DNA of 64,000 nucleotides, from NCBI GenBank assembly GCA_021792255.1, contig JAJYUZ010000002.1, forward strand, positions 128,001-192,000. Direction: 5' to 3'. Made by a program: the position numbers and the translations under genes. Positions 39,562-49,437 of the stretch are shown here, piece after piece (the stretch's first letter is position 1; each line of letters opens with the position of its first letter). Origin of the DNA: Thermoplasmata archaeon. Lineage in GTDB: Archaea > Thermoplasmatota > Thermoplasmata > Thermoplasmatales > GCA-001856825. The notes below the pieces were generated by a model. The model saw nothing but the letters and a program-made list of their open reading frames with translations. It was not told the origin of the DNA and made no database searches.

Positions 39562-40881
39562 ATGACCCAGAACGTTTTAATCATGGGAGCAGCCGGTCGT
39601 GATTTCCACAATTTCAACACGTATTTTAGAAACAAAGCAGAATACAACGTTGTAGGATTCACGGCAACTCAGATACCAAACATTGAGGGAAGGACCTATC
39701 CAAAGGAACTTGCCGGAAAGCTCTATCCCAAGGGAATACCCATATATCCGGAATCTGACCTAACGGAACTAATAAGAGATAAGAAAATCGATCTTGTGGT
39801 ATTTTCATATTCTGATGTTCCTCACGAGTACGTGATGCACAAGGGATCGGAGGTTCTTGCAGCTGGTGCAAACTATCTTCTTCTAGGACCCAAGGATACT
39901 CAAATAAAGAGCAAGAAGCCTCTGATTTCAATCTGCGCCGTAAGGACCGGATCGGGCAAGTCTCAGACCACGAGGAGAGTTGAAGACATTCTGGTGGGAA
40001 TGGGGAAAAAGGTAGTTGCTATCAGACATCCGATGCCGTATGGAAACCTTCTTGAACAAAAGGTCCAAAGGTTTGCAACGATGGAAGACTTGGTAAAACA
40101 GAAATGCACGATTGAAGAGAGGGAAGAGTACGAGCCACACATAAAAAGAAACGTGGTTATATACGCCGGCGTCGATTACGAAGCGATACTGAGACAGGCC
40201 GAGAAGGAGGGCGATATTGTTCTCTGGGACGGAGGAAACAACGATTTCTCGTTCTACGAGAGCGATCTCGAGATAGTCGTGGCAGATCCTCATAGAGCCG
40301 GGCACGAAATTAAGTATCACCCGGGAGAAGTCAACCTACGTTCAGCAGATGTAATTGTGATCAACAAGGAAGAGACGGCAACTCTCGAGAACATAAACGC
40401 GGTGAGAGAGAACATAAGGAAGTTCAACCCTAAGGCTATAGTTGTCGATGGCGCATCACCCTTCTTCAGCGGAGATGCCGATAAAGTAAGCGGGAAGAGG
40501 GTACTGGCAATAGAGGACGGTCCGACCCTCACACACGGCGAAATGAGCTATGGAGCCGCGGTCCTTTTCTCTATCAAGTATGGAGCTTCTGAGTTGGTCG
40601 ATGCTAAAGAGTTTGCAAAAGGAACGATCAAAGGAGTGTATGAAAAATACAAGCAGGTCCATAATTATCTGCCAGCGATGGGATATTCTCCAAAACAAGT
40701 GAAGGATTTGGAAGCAACGATCAATTCAACTCCTGCAGACGTAGTGGTTTCTGGAACTCCCATTGACCTGACGAAAATCGTGAAAATCAATAAGCCTCTG
40801 ATAAACGTCAAGTACGAACTTCAGGAAATTGGGAAACCTGACCTGACGGACATATTGGCGAAATTCGTCAAGACACACTAG
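39562..40881 (+). CDS. cDPG-synthetase-like P-loop ligase, probable arginine synthetase (ArcE-like)
   Basis: MGAAGRDFHNFN, RTGSGKS Walker A, RHPMPYG, WDGGNND and EDGPTLTHG. Confidence 0.75.
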   Translation: MTQNVLIMGAAGRDFHNFNTYFRNKAEYNVVGFTATQIPNIEGRTYPKELAGKLYPKGIPIYPESDLTELIRDKKIDLVVFSYSDVPHEYVMHKGSEVLAAGANYLLLGPKDTQIKSKKPLISICAVRTGSGKSQTTRRVEDILVGMGKKVVAIRHPMPYGNLLEQKVQRFATMEDLVKQKCTIEEREEYEPHIKRNVVIYAGVDYEAILRQAEKEGDIVLWDGGNNDFSFYESDLEIVVADPHRAGHEIKYHPGEVNLRSADVIVINKEETATLENINAVRENIRKFNPKAIVVDGASPFFSGDADKVSGKRVLAIEDGPTLTHGEMSYGAAVLFSIKYGASELVDAKEFAKGTIKGVYEKYKQVHNYLPAMGYSPKQVKDLEATINSTPADVVVSGTPIDLTKIVKINKPLINVKYELQEIGKPDLTDILAKFVKTH

Positions 40882-41119
40882 AGACGCTTGATTCTATTTT
40901 TTTTATTAATCCTTCTTTACTCCCTTCCCATTCGACTTCTATCTTTTTCACTATCTTCCGTGGTACTCTTGGATATCTAGCCTCATATACGGTGTAGTTT
41001 AGATTCATTGAGTTAATAATTTCGAACAATTTATGGGAGGGAAAATTCTTCTTGACTCTTCTTCCCATCTTTCTGGTTATAGAAGTGTCGAAATAAGTTT
41101 CCCAGAGTGTTCGCTTCAT
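40868..41119 (-). CDS. srp19: Signal recognition particle protein SRP19
   Basis: W..YFD...TRKMGRRV and YPR. Coupled to rps8e. Confidence 0.85.
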   Translation of the reverse strand: MKRTLWETYFDTSITRKMGRRVKKNFPSHKLFEIINSMNLNYTVYEARYPRVPRKIVKKIEVEWEGSKEGLIKKIESSVSSVS

Positions 41120-41499
41120 TTCTGGATTAGAACTGCGCTTATTCTTCCACTCTGGCCAGGTCTTGACGTCACTCTCGCATTACCAAGTTCCGTGACGACT
41201 ATGGCTCCCCTTGTGATTATGTTTCTCTGAGCATAGTGCGGATCTGCAATATTTTCCAGCACATTCAGAATCTTAACCTTCTTTGTGACCTTACTCTTTG
41301 GATTTGTCACGTCAACTTCATTCCCACTCAAAAGGACCGATTTATTGTTTCCCCCCATACCCCAAACTTGCTTTCTCTTGACCTTTCCCAACACAGTTAG
41401 AGTAGGCTCGTTTCCGAGTTCGAATCTCTTTTTGTGCCTGTTCGATCTGAGTTTCCCACCACTTATCTTTCCCCTTGCCTTCCCGTGATATATGGCCAT
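41116..41499 (-). CDS. rps8e: 30S ribosomal protein S8e
   Basis: KKRFELG, RNIITRGA and ARVTSRPGQ.G. Confidence 0.97.
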   Translation of the reverse strand: MAIYHGKARGKISGGKLRSNRHKKRFELGNEPTLTVLGKVKRKQVWGMGGNNKSVLLSGNEVDVTNPKSKVTKKVKILNVLENIADPHYAQRNIITRGAIVVTELGNARVTSRPGQSGRISAVLIQK

Positions 41500-41602
41500 G
41501 TGAGACGGCTATGAAAAAAAGGTAGTTAAACCTTTCACTTAACCTAGAACGGAGCAGAAATGTTATAGTACACCGGTTCTGCTCATTGAACTGGTTGTTT
41601 TT

Positions 41603-42757
41603 TTACCTCTTGTTGATGGGAACGTACGGTAGGTCGAGTGAACCAATGTACCATTCGACCGGCCTGACAATCTTGTTGTTGTTCCAATATTCGACTATAT
41701 GCGATCCCCAGCCAGCCATCCTTGACGCAACGAATATCGGAGTAAACATCTCGCTTTCTATCCCCAAAACTCTGTAAAGTGGTCCGGCAAAAAAGTCAAT
41801 GTTTGGCCAAATCCCCTTCGACTTCCCTAACTTATCTATCATGAGTTTTTCTGCGCGGAGTGCGATCTGCAGGTGCCTCTTTATTTCGTCAGATGGTTCT
41901 TTTTCCAGGCTCTCTTCTAAATAGCTCCTCACGAGTTTCGCTCTAGGGTCGTACGTCTTATACACTCTATGTCCAAATCCCATGATCCGCTGCTTGCCTT
42001 CCAGCGCTTCCTCGATGTATTTTTCTGTGTTGTCAGGACTACCTATGGCATTTATCATTTTTAGTGCAGCCTCATCAGCACCGCCGTGGAGTGGTCCCTT
42101 TAGGGTTCCTATTCCAGATGTCGTTGCCGCATATACATCGGCAAGTGTCGAGGCAGTCACCAGCACAGAGAAAGTAGACGCGTTGGTACTGTGCTCTGCG
42201 TGAAGAATGAACATTAGATCTATGAGCTTAGATTCAAACTCGTTTGGCCTCTTTCCATTTATCATATAAAGGAAATTTACCGAATGTCCTAGAGACTTGT
42301 CAGGAGGGATATATTCCTTCTTTTCTCTGAATCTTCCAGTGGCTGCAGCGATCGTCGGTAGTTTCGCTATTAGTGTTATAACTTTATCTATCGTTGCGTC
42401 AAGGTTTCTGTTATTTGGATCTTTATCATACATAACCAGCATTGACGCCGCCGTCCTCATGACGTCCATCGGATGTGATGTGGGCGCCATGACTTTAATG
42501 ACATCTCTGACCTCCTTTGGGATATCTCTTCTGTCCTTCAGCTTGCCTGTGAAATCATCGTATTCATTCTTAGTTGGTAGTTTTCCGTACAATAGGAGGT
42601 AAGACACTTCCTCAAAGTTTGACTGCTCTGCAAGATTTTCAATTGAGTATCCTCTGTACCACAATTTACCATTCTGTCCATCAACTTTTGAGATGGAGCT
42701 TTCGTCAACATAAATCCCTTCTAAACCATAATTTATTGTGGGTTTTGCGGTATTCAC
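41603..42757 (-). CDS. gltA: Citrate synthase / 2-methylcitrate synthase
   Basis: GLEG, HAEH..NAST, GPLHGGA, GFGHRVYK.YDPR and PNIDF. Confidence 0.92.
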   Translation of the reverse strand: MNTAKPTINYGLEGIYVDESSISKVDGQNGKLWYRGYSIENLAEQSNFEEVSYLLLYGKLPTKNEYDDFTGKLKDRRDIPKEVRDVIKVMAPTSHPMDVMRTAASMLVMYDKDPNNRNLDATIDKVITLIAKLPTIAAATGRFREKKEYIPPDKSLGHSVNFLYMINGKRPNEFESKLIDLMFILHAEHSTNASTFSVLVTASTLADVYAATTSGIGTLKGPLHGGADEAALKMINAIGSPDNTEKYIEEALEGKQRIMGFGHRVYKTYDPRAKLVRSYLEESLEKEPSDEIKRHLQIALRAEKLMIDKLGKSKGIWPNIDFFAGPLYRVLGIESEMFTPIFVASRMAGWGSHIVEYWNNNKIVRPVEWYIGSLDLPYVPINKR

Positions 42758-42859
42758 TTAGATCACGAATTGCAATGGAAGTTAAATACTTAAGTCTACC
42801 TTGAATTTAGGTGAAACTAACGAAAGAAATCCTTATTGCTCTATTTAGAATATATAAAA

Positions 42860-44116
42860 ATGAAAACAGCGCTCCTCTTAATTTTCGTACTTGCATTTCT
42901 CATTATAGTATCAATTCCGGTAGGACACTCCGAAACAAAATCTTTGGTTATTATAAATTTCAGTTACACCGTAGACAGAGGAGCACAGGATTATTTTCAG
43001 TCCGTCCTATCGTACGCGGTTTCCCACAATGACCCAGTCATAATAGTTATGAACACTCCTGGTGGCTATCTGACAAACGGGTTCGCAATGGTCAACTATA
43101 CTATCGCTGCAGAAAAAACGATTTCCGTCACCACTTACGTGCCTCCAGGTGACATGGCTGCGTCTGCAGGTTCGTACATTGCCCTTGCTTCAAATTATGT
43201 ATACATGGCCAACGCGAGTTTCATCGGGCCTTCAGAACCCTACATCATAGGAGGAACAGCTCTGGAACAGCAGCACGTCACTAACGCCTCGTTGGCATTA
43301 ATGGACTCCCTAGCGCAACTGCACGGATGGAATCAATCCGCCATCTACCAAATGGTCGAGCACAATGTCGCGTACACCTCTCAAAATGCTTCTAAGATCG
43401 GACTGATAACGGGCATTTCAGAAAACCTTTCAGGTGTAGTTCAAAAGCTTGGATATGGAGGGCTTCCTCAGATTCAATTCTATGAAAATTATGTCCAACA
43501 ATTCGAGTCATTCCTTTCAAATTCTACCGTGGCAGATTTTCTCATATTGATAGGAGCAGTGGCAATTCTTCTGGACATTTACCATGGGTCGATCGCTCTG
43601 AGTGTTGCAGGAATAGTTGCCCTTGCGCTGGGATTCTGGGGAGTTACTTTGGTCGGTTTTCAACCAGTCGCGATTCTCTTTATGGTCATGGGCATAGCGT
43701 TAATATTTTTGGAGATTAAGCTGGGTCACGGTCTGGCAATGATAGGAGGGGTGGTCTTGGTCATTGCTGGAGGGTTGATCCTGATGCTTGGTGTTGGTTA
43801 TTCTTCTGATAATCCACTTCTAAGTGGGACCAACTATGCCCTTATAGCACTGGAAGCCACGGTCCTGCCAATTGGCGCTCTCTACTTAATAGGCATAAGG
43901 AAGGCGGTAATGGGGAAACCTTCGACGGTGGGACCACAACTGATTGTTGGGAAGAAAGGAAAGGCGATTACAGATATCGGTCCCCAAAAGAAGGGTGTCA
44001 TCAATGTTCTATCTGAAGAATGGAGTGCAATCTCTTCAGAGCCAATAAAGAAAGGGGAAGAGGTCGAAGTCCTCGGCTATGAAGGAGGAGTAGCAACAGT
44101 CAGGAAATCTTCTTGA
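42860..44116 (+). CDS. Long NfeD (ClpP-class membrane protease, TM region, OB fold)
   Basis: Signal peptide, NTPGG, AASAG, several TM helices and C-terminal G.I.V.SE.W.A. Start set at ATG 42860. Confidence 0.88.
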   Translation: MKTALLLIFVLAFLIIVSIPVGHSETKSLVIINFSYTVDRGAQDYFQSVLSYAVSHNDPVIIVMNTPGGYLTNGFAMVNYTIAAEKTISVTTYVPPGDMAASAGSYIALASNYVYMANASFIGPSEPYIIGGTALEQQHVTNASLALMDSLAQLHGWNQSAIYQMVEHNVAYTSQNASKIGLITGISENLSGVVQKLGYGGLPQIQFYENYVQQFESFLSNSTVADFLILIGAVAILLDIYHGSIALSVAGIVALALGFWGVTLVGFQPVAILFMVMGIALIFLEIKLGHGLAMIGGVVLVIAGGLILMLGVGYSSDNPLLSGTNYALIALEATVLPIGALYLIGIRKAVMGKPSTVGPQLIVGKKGKAITDIGPQKKGVINVLSEEWSAISSEPIKKGEEVEVLGYEGGVATVRKSS

Positions 44117-44516
44117 CTGTAAGCGTAACTTTGTCTTCCTGCACTTCGGTGACCGTGACCATCTCGTTGTCTGAAGTGTCCGCATCGCAGACGAAACTCC
44201 AATCTTCGCTCAGTACGGCTACTGTACCTACATTGTTTGCAGGAACTCCCTTTATTACCCTACCGTTTTGTCCTACGAGAGTTTCTGTATGAAAATACTT
44301 CTTTGTTATCCTGCTAGAAATGGTGATCGTAAAACCTACAAAGAGTAATAGCCCCGTCAGGAAAAATACTATGGACAGTGCGAGCAGGAAGCTATTGGTA
44401 CTCCCTGAAATTAGATACTCAATCAAAAGATAGATTGCAAAAATAAGAATGATGGCAACAGGGACGATCGCCCTGAAGCCATACTTTACGGCGAAGTTGC
44501 TTGGTTCTTTCGGCAT
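44100..44516 (-). CDS. Short NfeD family protein
   Basis: Two TM helices, then LVGQ.G.V...G.V.V.SEDW. Downstream of stomatin. Confidence 0.82.
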   Translation of the reverse strand: MPKEPSNFAVKYGFRAIVPVAIILIFAIYLLIEYLISGSTNSFLLALSIVFFLTGLLLFVGFTITISSRITKKYFHTETLVGQNGRVIKGVPANNVGTVAVLSEDWSFVCDADTSDNEMVTVTEVQEDKVTLTVKKIS

Positions 44517-44524
44517 CTTCTTTC

Positions 44525-45457
44525 TTATTCTTTCTTATTATTTGAGGCTGATGAGCTTGATGCCGTCCTCAAGGTTTCCGTAAATGGTTTGAGCATCTCA
44601 GTGAACTCCATTGGGATGATGTACTTGGTGGAATTGCTTGATCCAAGCACTTTCATCATGTCCAGATACTGAAGTGCCATCGTTTTCTGATCTATCTCCT
44701 TCGCAGCATTGAATATTGTAGTCAGAGCCATCGCATAACCTTCCGCTCTGAGTATGGCGGATTGTCTGTCTCCTTCTGCTCTCAATATGTTTGATTGCTT
44801 ATCTCCCTCTGCGACGGTTATGGTGGCCTGTTTCTTTCCTTCAGCTTCCGTAACGACAGCTCTCCTTGATCTTTCAGCGCTCATCTGCATGATCATAGCG
44901 TCAGAGACGTTCTTAGGAGGCAATATCTCTCTGATCTCGACGTTCGTCACTTTTACTCCCCACCTCGTAGTCACTTCGTCAAGTTTTGTCCTTAGGATTG
45001 CGTTTATGTTCTCTCTCTTAGACAGGACCTCGTCGAGAATTATATCACCTACAACAGCTCTTAGCGTCGTGGTCGCAATACCCATCGCTGCTCCCTCAAA
45101 GTTCTGTACCTGTATTACTGAGTCAGAGGCGTTTATCACTTTGAAATAGATGATGAAATCAACGTCGACCGGTGCATTATCCTTAGTAATGCAAGTCTGG
45201 TGAGGAATCGTCAGGAATCTCTCTCTTAAATCGACTCTAACCGGGACATCTATGATAGGATAGATGAACACTATTCCAGGACCCTTCTGTGCTAGTGCGC
45301 GACCAAATCTGAATACTACTATCCTTTGATACTCTCTCACGATTTTTATCGAATAAAATAGAAATGCCAGAAGAATTATAGCAACCAGAGCAATGAGGGC
45401 ATCTTCACCCACGTTATTGGTGATTGCTAATTCTGTTGCGCCATATGGGATTATCAT
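44525..45457 (-). CDS. SPFH/band-7 (stomatin-like) protein
   Basis: EYQR.VVFRFG, ITKDN, TTLRAVVG, WGVKV and AER..RA...AEG. Confidence 0.95.
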   Translation of the reverse strand: MIIPYGATELAITNNVGEDALIALVAIILLAFLFYSIKIVREYQRIVVFRFGRALAQKGPGIVFIYPIIDVPVRVDLRERFLTIPHQTCITKDNAPVDVDFIIYFKVINASDSVIQVQNFEGAAMGIATTTLRAVVGDIILDEVLSKRENINAILRTKLDEVTTRWGVKVTNVEIREILPPKNVSDAMIMQMSAERSRRAVVTEAEGKKQATITVAEGDKQSNILRAEGDRQSAILRAEGYAMALTTIFNAAKEIDQKTMALQYLDMMKVLGSSNSTKYIIPMEFTEMLKPFTETLRTASSSSASNNKKE

Positions 45458-45632
45458 ATCAGTCCATCAAAAGTCCGTATTAATGTTTTTTGAGGGTGGT
45501 GTTAAAGGACGGAGAATTTTTTTCAGATAGCTCGGACTAATCAAGAACCAATTATGTATCTTTTGCTCCTAAATTCCCAACTTCTCTAGTTTCAGGTCAA
45601 AAATTATTAATATCATCTTTTTCTGTCAAAAT

Positions 45633-46061
45633 ATGGCCAAGGTTGACTACAATTCTAAACCTATAGATGACAATTTCTTTGACAAGCAGGATGAATTTCC
45701 CATTACCGGAAATCACGCTGGTCACGAGGTCAGGGCCGAAGGAAAAGAGAGGCAAGATAAGGACGGGAAAGCGTATCCGACAAAGCTCGGTATTCACGGA
45801 ACTAATGTCGCAGTTGATTGGGAGTCTTGTATAGCGGACGGTTCCTGTATGGACGTTTGTCCAGTCAACGTTTATGAATGGTTTCTCAATGCAGGAAACA
45901 AGGGAACTGGCAATGACAAAAAGATTGCAGAGGGGACTGATGAATGGAAGAAGTATCGGACGGACAAATGTGACCCCGTAAGGGAAGCGGACTGCATATT
46001 TTGCAATGCTTGCGTTACTGCCTGCCCCGTCAGTGCAATTTCAGTAGCAATGAGGAAGTAA
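45633..46061 (+). CDS. zfx: Zinc-containing 7Fe ferredoxin
   Basis: His Zn ligands (NHAGH, GIHGT), CIADGSCMDVCP and CIFCNACVTACP. Confidence 0.92.
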   Translation: MAKVDYNSKPIDDNFFDKQDEFPITGNHAGHEVRAEGKERQDKDGKAYPTKLGIHGTNVAVDWESCIADGSCMDVCPVNVYEWFLNAGNKGTGNDKKIAEGTDEWKKYRTDKCDPVREADCIFCNACVTACPVSAISVAMRK

Positions 46062-46180
46062 GACAGTCTATTCTTTCTCTGAGTTATGATCCATTTCAAT
46101 TTTCTTTTTACTCAATTCATTTTGTTCAAGTATTGAAGTCCAAGTAAGAAAACAGTTGCTCAAAAGGTCGTCTTTCTCTC

Positions 46181-46972
46181 TCATAGCAAATGCTTCTTGA
46201 AGAACATAGATGTCTTTTCCCAGGCATCATCGGCTGCATCTTTGTTGTATGCAGAGCCATCATTGTTTGCAAATGCGTGGCGAGTGTTTGGATAGATCTT
46301 CAGTTCGATCTGTTTCTTATATTCGAGGAAACTCCCCAAGGCTGCTGGAATGCCAGAATTTATTCTCGGATCTTCTCCAGCGTACAACCCCAGCATCGGT
46401 CCCTTCATTCTCGAGATATCTTTCAAATCAGGAGGATTTGCGCCGTAGTATACGGTGGTCGCATCGAATGGAAGTTGAGTAGATATCCTGAATGATAACC
46501 CTCCTCCCATACAGAAACCTACCACACCGAACCTAGAAGGTTTAAAATTAGTATTCAGATACTCGTACCCCATAGCCAGATCTTTAACCATCCTTTCCTC
46601 CAGTTGTCCTCTTGACATCATCAGTCTCGTGATTACCTCCCTCTGTTCTGGCGTCCCTCTTTCCAATGCGGCTTTTATGAACTCCCGATCTTCCCTTTTA
46701 TCAGAAGGTATCTCTGAAAAGAGCTTCATTGCCATTGCTATATTTTCTTGTGTAAACAGGTCTAGCTCTTCTTTTCTGGAGTAAAGGTGTGGCGCAAGGA
46801 CAAGTAATCCCAGTGATGAAAGTCTCCTCGAAAAATTCTTGATAAAGTTTGACAACCCCCATATTTCTTGAATAACAATCACTGCGCTTTTAGAATTCCG
46901 GTCTCCAACTAAAAAAGATTTGACACTTGATCCATCGAAGGTTGGATACTCTATACTCTCTTCGCGTTCCAT
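46181..46972 (-). CDS. Dienelactone hydrolase family
   Basis: QEIWG, GFCMGG, ED and HAF catalytic motifs. Confidence 0.92.
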   Translation of the reverse strand: MEREESIEYPTFDGSSVKSFLVGDRNSKSAVIVIQEIWGLSNFIKNFSRRLSSLGLLVLAPHLYSRKEELDLFTQENIAMAMKLFSEIPSDKREDREFIKAALERGTPEQREVITRLMMSRGQLEERMVKDLAMGYEYLNTNFKPSRFGVVGFCMGGGLSFRISTQLPFDATTVYYGANPPDLKDISRMKGPMLGLYAGEDPRINSGIPAALGSFLEYKKQIELKIYPNTRHAFANNDGSAYNKDAADDAWEKTSMFFKKHLL

Positions 46973-47055
46973 GAAATAGGATTCGGAGATTGACTTAAAA
47001 TTTGCTATTTCGATTGTGGAAGACGTTACTAAAAAATGCAGTTGATGAGAATCGC

Positions 47056-47532
47056 TCAGCTTAAGGGGCTCGTTCCATAAATTTCTCTAAAGGTCCGGAA
47101 ACCGTACTTGATGATTTTCTTCACGTTTTCAAAGGTCGAGATGTTATCAATTTCATCCCGATCAAACCATTTGCAATCCGAAGACTCTTCATTGCATTGA
47201 AAATTCGTGCTCGATGCGACTCCGAGATAAATCATATCAAAGTGTTCGTGTGGATGGTCCGAGTATGGAACGATTTCATTCATTACTACTAGCGGTTGGG
47301 GAAGGCTTTTTGCGGTACCGAAATCTATCGAGAATCCATTTGAATTCAGGACTCTGAAAGTAGCCCCTGTTTCTTCCTTGGATTCCCTTATCGCGCAATC
47401 GAGCGGATTCTCTTCTTCTTCAATGTGTCCACCTGGGTATATCCAAACTCCTAGTTTCTTGTGCTTGATTAGCAGAACCTTCTTGCCATCTTCTCTGATT
47501 ATTAGAACTCCAGCCACTATGCATTTCTTCAA
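47056..47532 (-). CDS. NUDIX hydrolase
   Basis: Nudix box GGHIE..E....CAIRE.KEETG. Confidence 0.92.
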   Translation of the reverse strand: MKKCIVAGVLIIREDGKKVLLIKHKKLGVWIYPGGHIEEEENPLDCAIRESKEETGATFRVLNSNGFSIDFGTAKSLPQPLVVMNEIVPYSDHPHEHFDMIYLGVASSTNFQCNEESSDCKWFDRDEIDNISTFENVKKIIKYGFRTFREIYGTSPLS

Positions 47533-47711
47533 GGTATCACCCTGCTTTTGTCCGAAGCCTTCGATTGTGCAAATATTTTATTCTCGAATAGGTCTTTCTG
47601 TATCCTCTACAGCATCAAATTTGCAATCAGTACGAGATCTCTTGTTCACGATTCTAAATGTACTGTGAGAACCGGCAACCCACTTCGAAGCCAATTTTCT
47701 AGAAGTCAAAG

Positions 47712-47808
47712 CGCCGGGAGGGAGATTTGAACTCCCGATCTCTTGCGAGAACAGGCTTTCTGTAATTTTGTTCCAGGCCTGCGCCTTTCCGGACTGGGCC
47801 ACCCCGGC
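47712..47808 (-). tRNA. tRNA-Ser(GGA) with 13-nt intron at 37/38 (47758-47770)
   Basis: GCCGGGG/TCCCGGC-G acceptor, CAGGC-CTGGAA[CAAAATTACAGAA]A-GCCTG anticodon arm and long variable arm. Mature length 84 nt. Confidence 0.93.
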
Positions 47809-47862
47809 TACGTTTTACCTCAAATCCATAAGGTTTATTATTATTTCCACATTTCCACCACA

Positions 47863-48624
47863 ATGGAGCTTCTTGAGGGGGCCCTAGAGGTCTTAGACGT
47901 CTTCACTAGAGAGTTCGTGGGTGCAAAGGAAGTCGTCCTGGGAATTTCTGGAGGAATAGATTCTACGCTCGTAGCCTATATCCTCAAGAGGAATATTGAG
48001 AATAAGAAAATCCATCTATATTCTTTACCCTTTGGAGAGGAAAGCAAAGACGTGAAGAGGGTTTCTGAGTTTCTAGATTTGCCCTACGAAACGATTGATA
48101 TGAAGAACGCACTAAGTTTCTTCAAGGATGGATCCAAGGACGAGAGAATAACTGGAAACGTTATGGCCAGACTGAGGATGACTTATCTTTATGCTATGGC
48201 AAACAAATACAAGGGACTGGTCGCTGGAACTTCCAATAAGAGTGAATTACTGACAGGGTATTTTACAAAATTCGGGGATGGTGGTTCTGACTTTCAGCCT
48301 CTAGGTGACCTCTACAAGACTCAAGTATACGAGGTGGCAAGAAGATACGGCTTTCCCGAATGGCTACTGAGGAAGGCACCCTCGGCAGATCTCTGGAAGG
48401 GCCAGACGGATGAAAAGGAGTTGGGTATTACTTATGAGAAGCTGGATAAGATTCTAGAATGCATTGAGTATCTGAAAACTCCCGAGCAGTGCAATGACAG
48501 CGGATGCGCCCAAAAAGAAGTGAAGAGGATATACGAACTCGTTCAGAGGAATGCGCATAAGAGAGTCAACTTCTACATACCAAAGGTCAGTTATCGCTCA
48601 GTTGGAACAGACTGGATGGAGTAA
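47863..48624 (+). CDS. nadE: NH3-dependent NAD+ synthetase
   Basis: SGGIDS, GN.MARLRM, GYFTKFGDG and PSADLW.GQTDE. Start at ATG 47863 because the longer ORF overlaps the tRNA. Confidence 0.94.
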   Translation: MELLEGALEVLDVFTREFVGAKEVVLGISGGIDSTLVAYILKRNIENKKIHLYSLPFGEESKDVKRVSEFLDLPYETIDMKNALSFFKDGSKDERITGNVMARLRMTYLYAMANKYKGLVAGTSNKSELLTGYFTKFGDGGSDFQPLGDLYKTQVYEVARRYGFPEWLLRKAPSADLWKGQTDEKELGITYEKLDKILECIEYLKTPEQCNDSGCAQKEVKRIYELVQRNAHKRVNFYIPKVSYRSVGTDWME

Positions 48625-49008
48625 TCACTGCGGTTGCTCTTTTGCCGAATTCTGATATGATCTTATCAAATCATCGAACTTGAGGTAGGCGATTACCATG
48701 AAAATACCTACTATTATGAATCCGAAAATCAACCCGACTATCATCCATATTAGTGTCTTCTCTTTCGCCGCAGACAGTCGTTTCTGATCTATGAGTTTTA
48801 TGATCTCTCTGCACTCATAAAAAACGACCAGATCAACGATCCCTAAAATGGCGGTTATTCCGAAGGAGAAGAGTCCTGTAATTAAAAGAATAATGCCAAC
48901 TATCAGTGACAAAACCCACGCTATCGTAAGCATATCCTTTATCGTAGATTTTTCAGGTGGTTCAAAGATGGGTTGTTTGGGCTCAGCACTGCTTGGCTGG
49001 TCAGTCAC
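48625..49008 (-). CDS. Hypothetical membrane protein
   Basis: Three hydrophobic segments and tight packing between neighbours. Confidence 0.75.
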   Translation of the reverse strand: MTDQPSSAEPKQPIFEPPEKSTIKDMLTIAWVLSLIVGIILLITGLFSFGITAILGIVDLVVFYECREIIKLIDQKRLSAAKEKTLIWMIVGLIFGFIIVGIFMVIAYLKFDDLIRSYQNSAKEQPQ

Positions 49009-49057
49009 ATTTACGTAATCTTGGGGTTGATATAAAGTTAACTGTTTTGCACGACAA

Positions 49058-49393
49058 TTAAACCAGCTTGAACTTCCCAGTTATAGAGTCTATCGCGGAG
49101 TCTTCGTCCGGGCCAAAACCAGAGCAAGTAAGGGTATCGGGTTTGAGTTGTGTTAGCCCTGCATCCTTGATGGGGCAACAATTCACTCCCATCGACCTGG
49201 CTTTATTAATGAGTTCCTTGAGTTCCATTTCGTCTTTAACCCACACCACGATCTTCTTCTGTCCTTCAGAAATCCATCTATTTCGCTTCTCCGAATTGTT
49301 CATGGAGCATTCTACTGCGGCATGGGCTACTTGGGCAGCAATCTTGCCTTTCCCCATTTCGAGGTCTTTTCTCACTGCTATGGCCATTTTCAC
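49058..49393 (-). CDS. pth2: Peptidyl-tRNA hydrolase Pth2
   Basis: RKDL.MGKGKIAAQVAHA, GQKKIV and DAG.TQ. Confidence 0.96.
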   Translation of the reverse strand: MKMAIAVRKDLEMGKGKIAAQVAHAAVECSMNNSEKRNRWISEGQKKIVVWVKDEMELKELINKARSMGVNCCPIKDAGLTQLKPDTLTCSGFGPDEDSAIDSITGKFKLV

Positions 49394-49437
49394 TATGTCA
49401 GAAATTATAATTACTATTTATTTTATTACCTCGAAGA

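Noticed and set aside
47548-47862. Short ORFs and the N-terminal extension of nadE
   Set aside because: They overlap the tRNA-Ser gene. nadE homology begins at ATG 47863.
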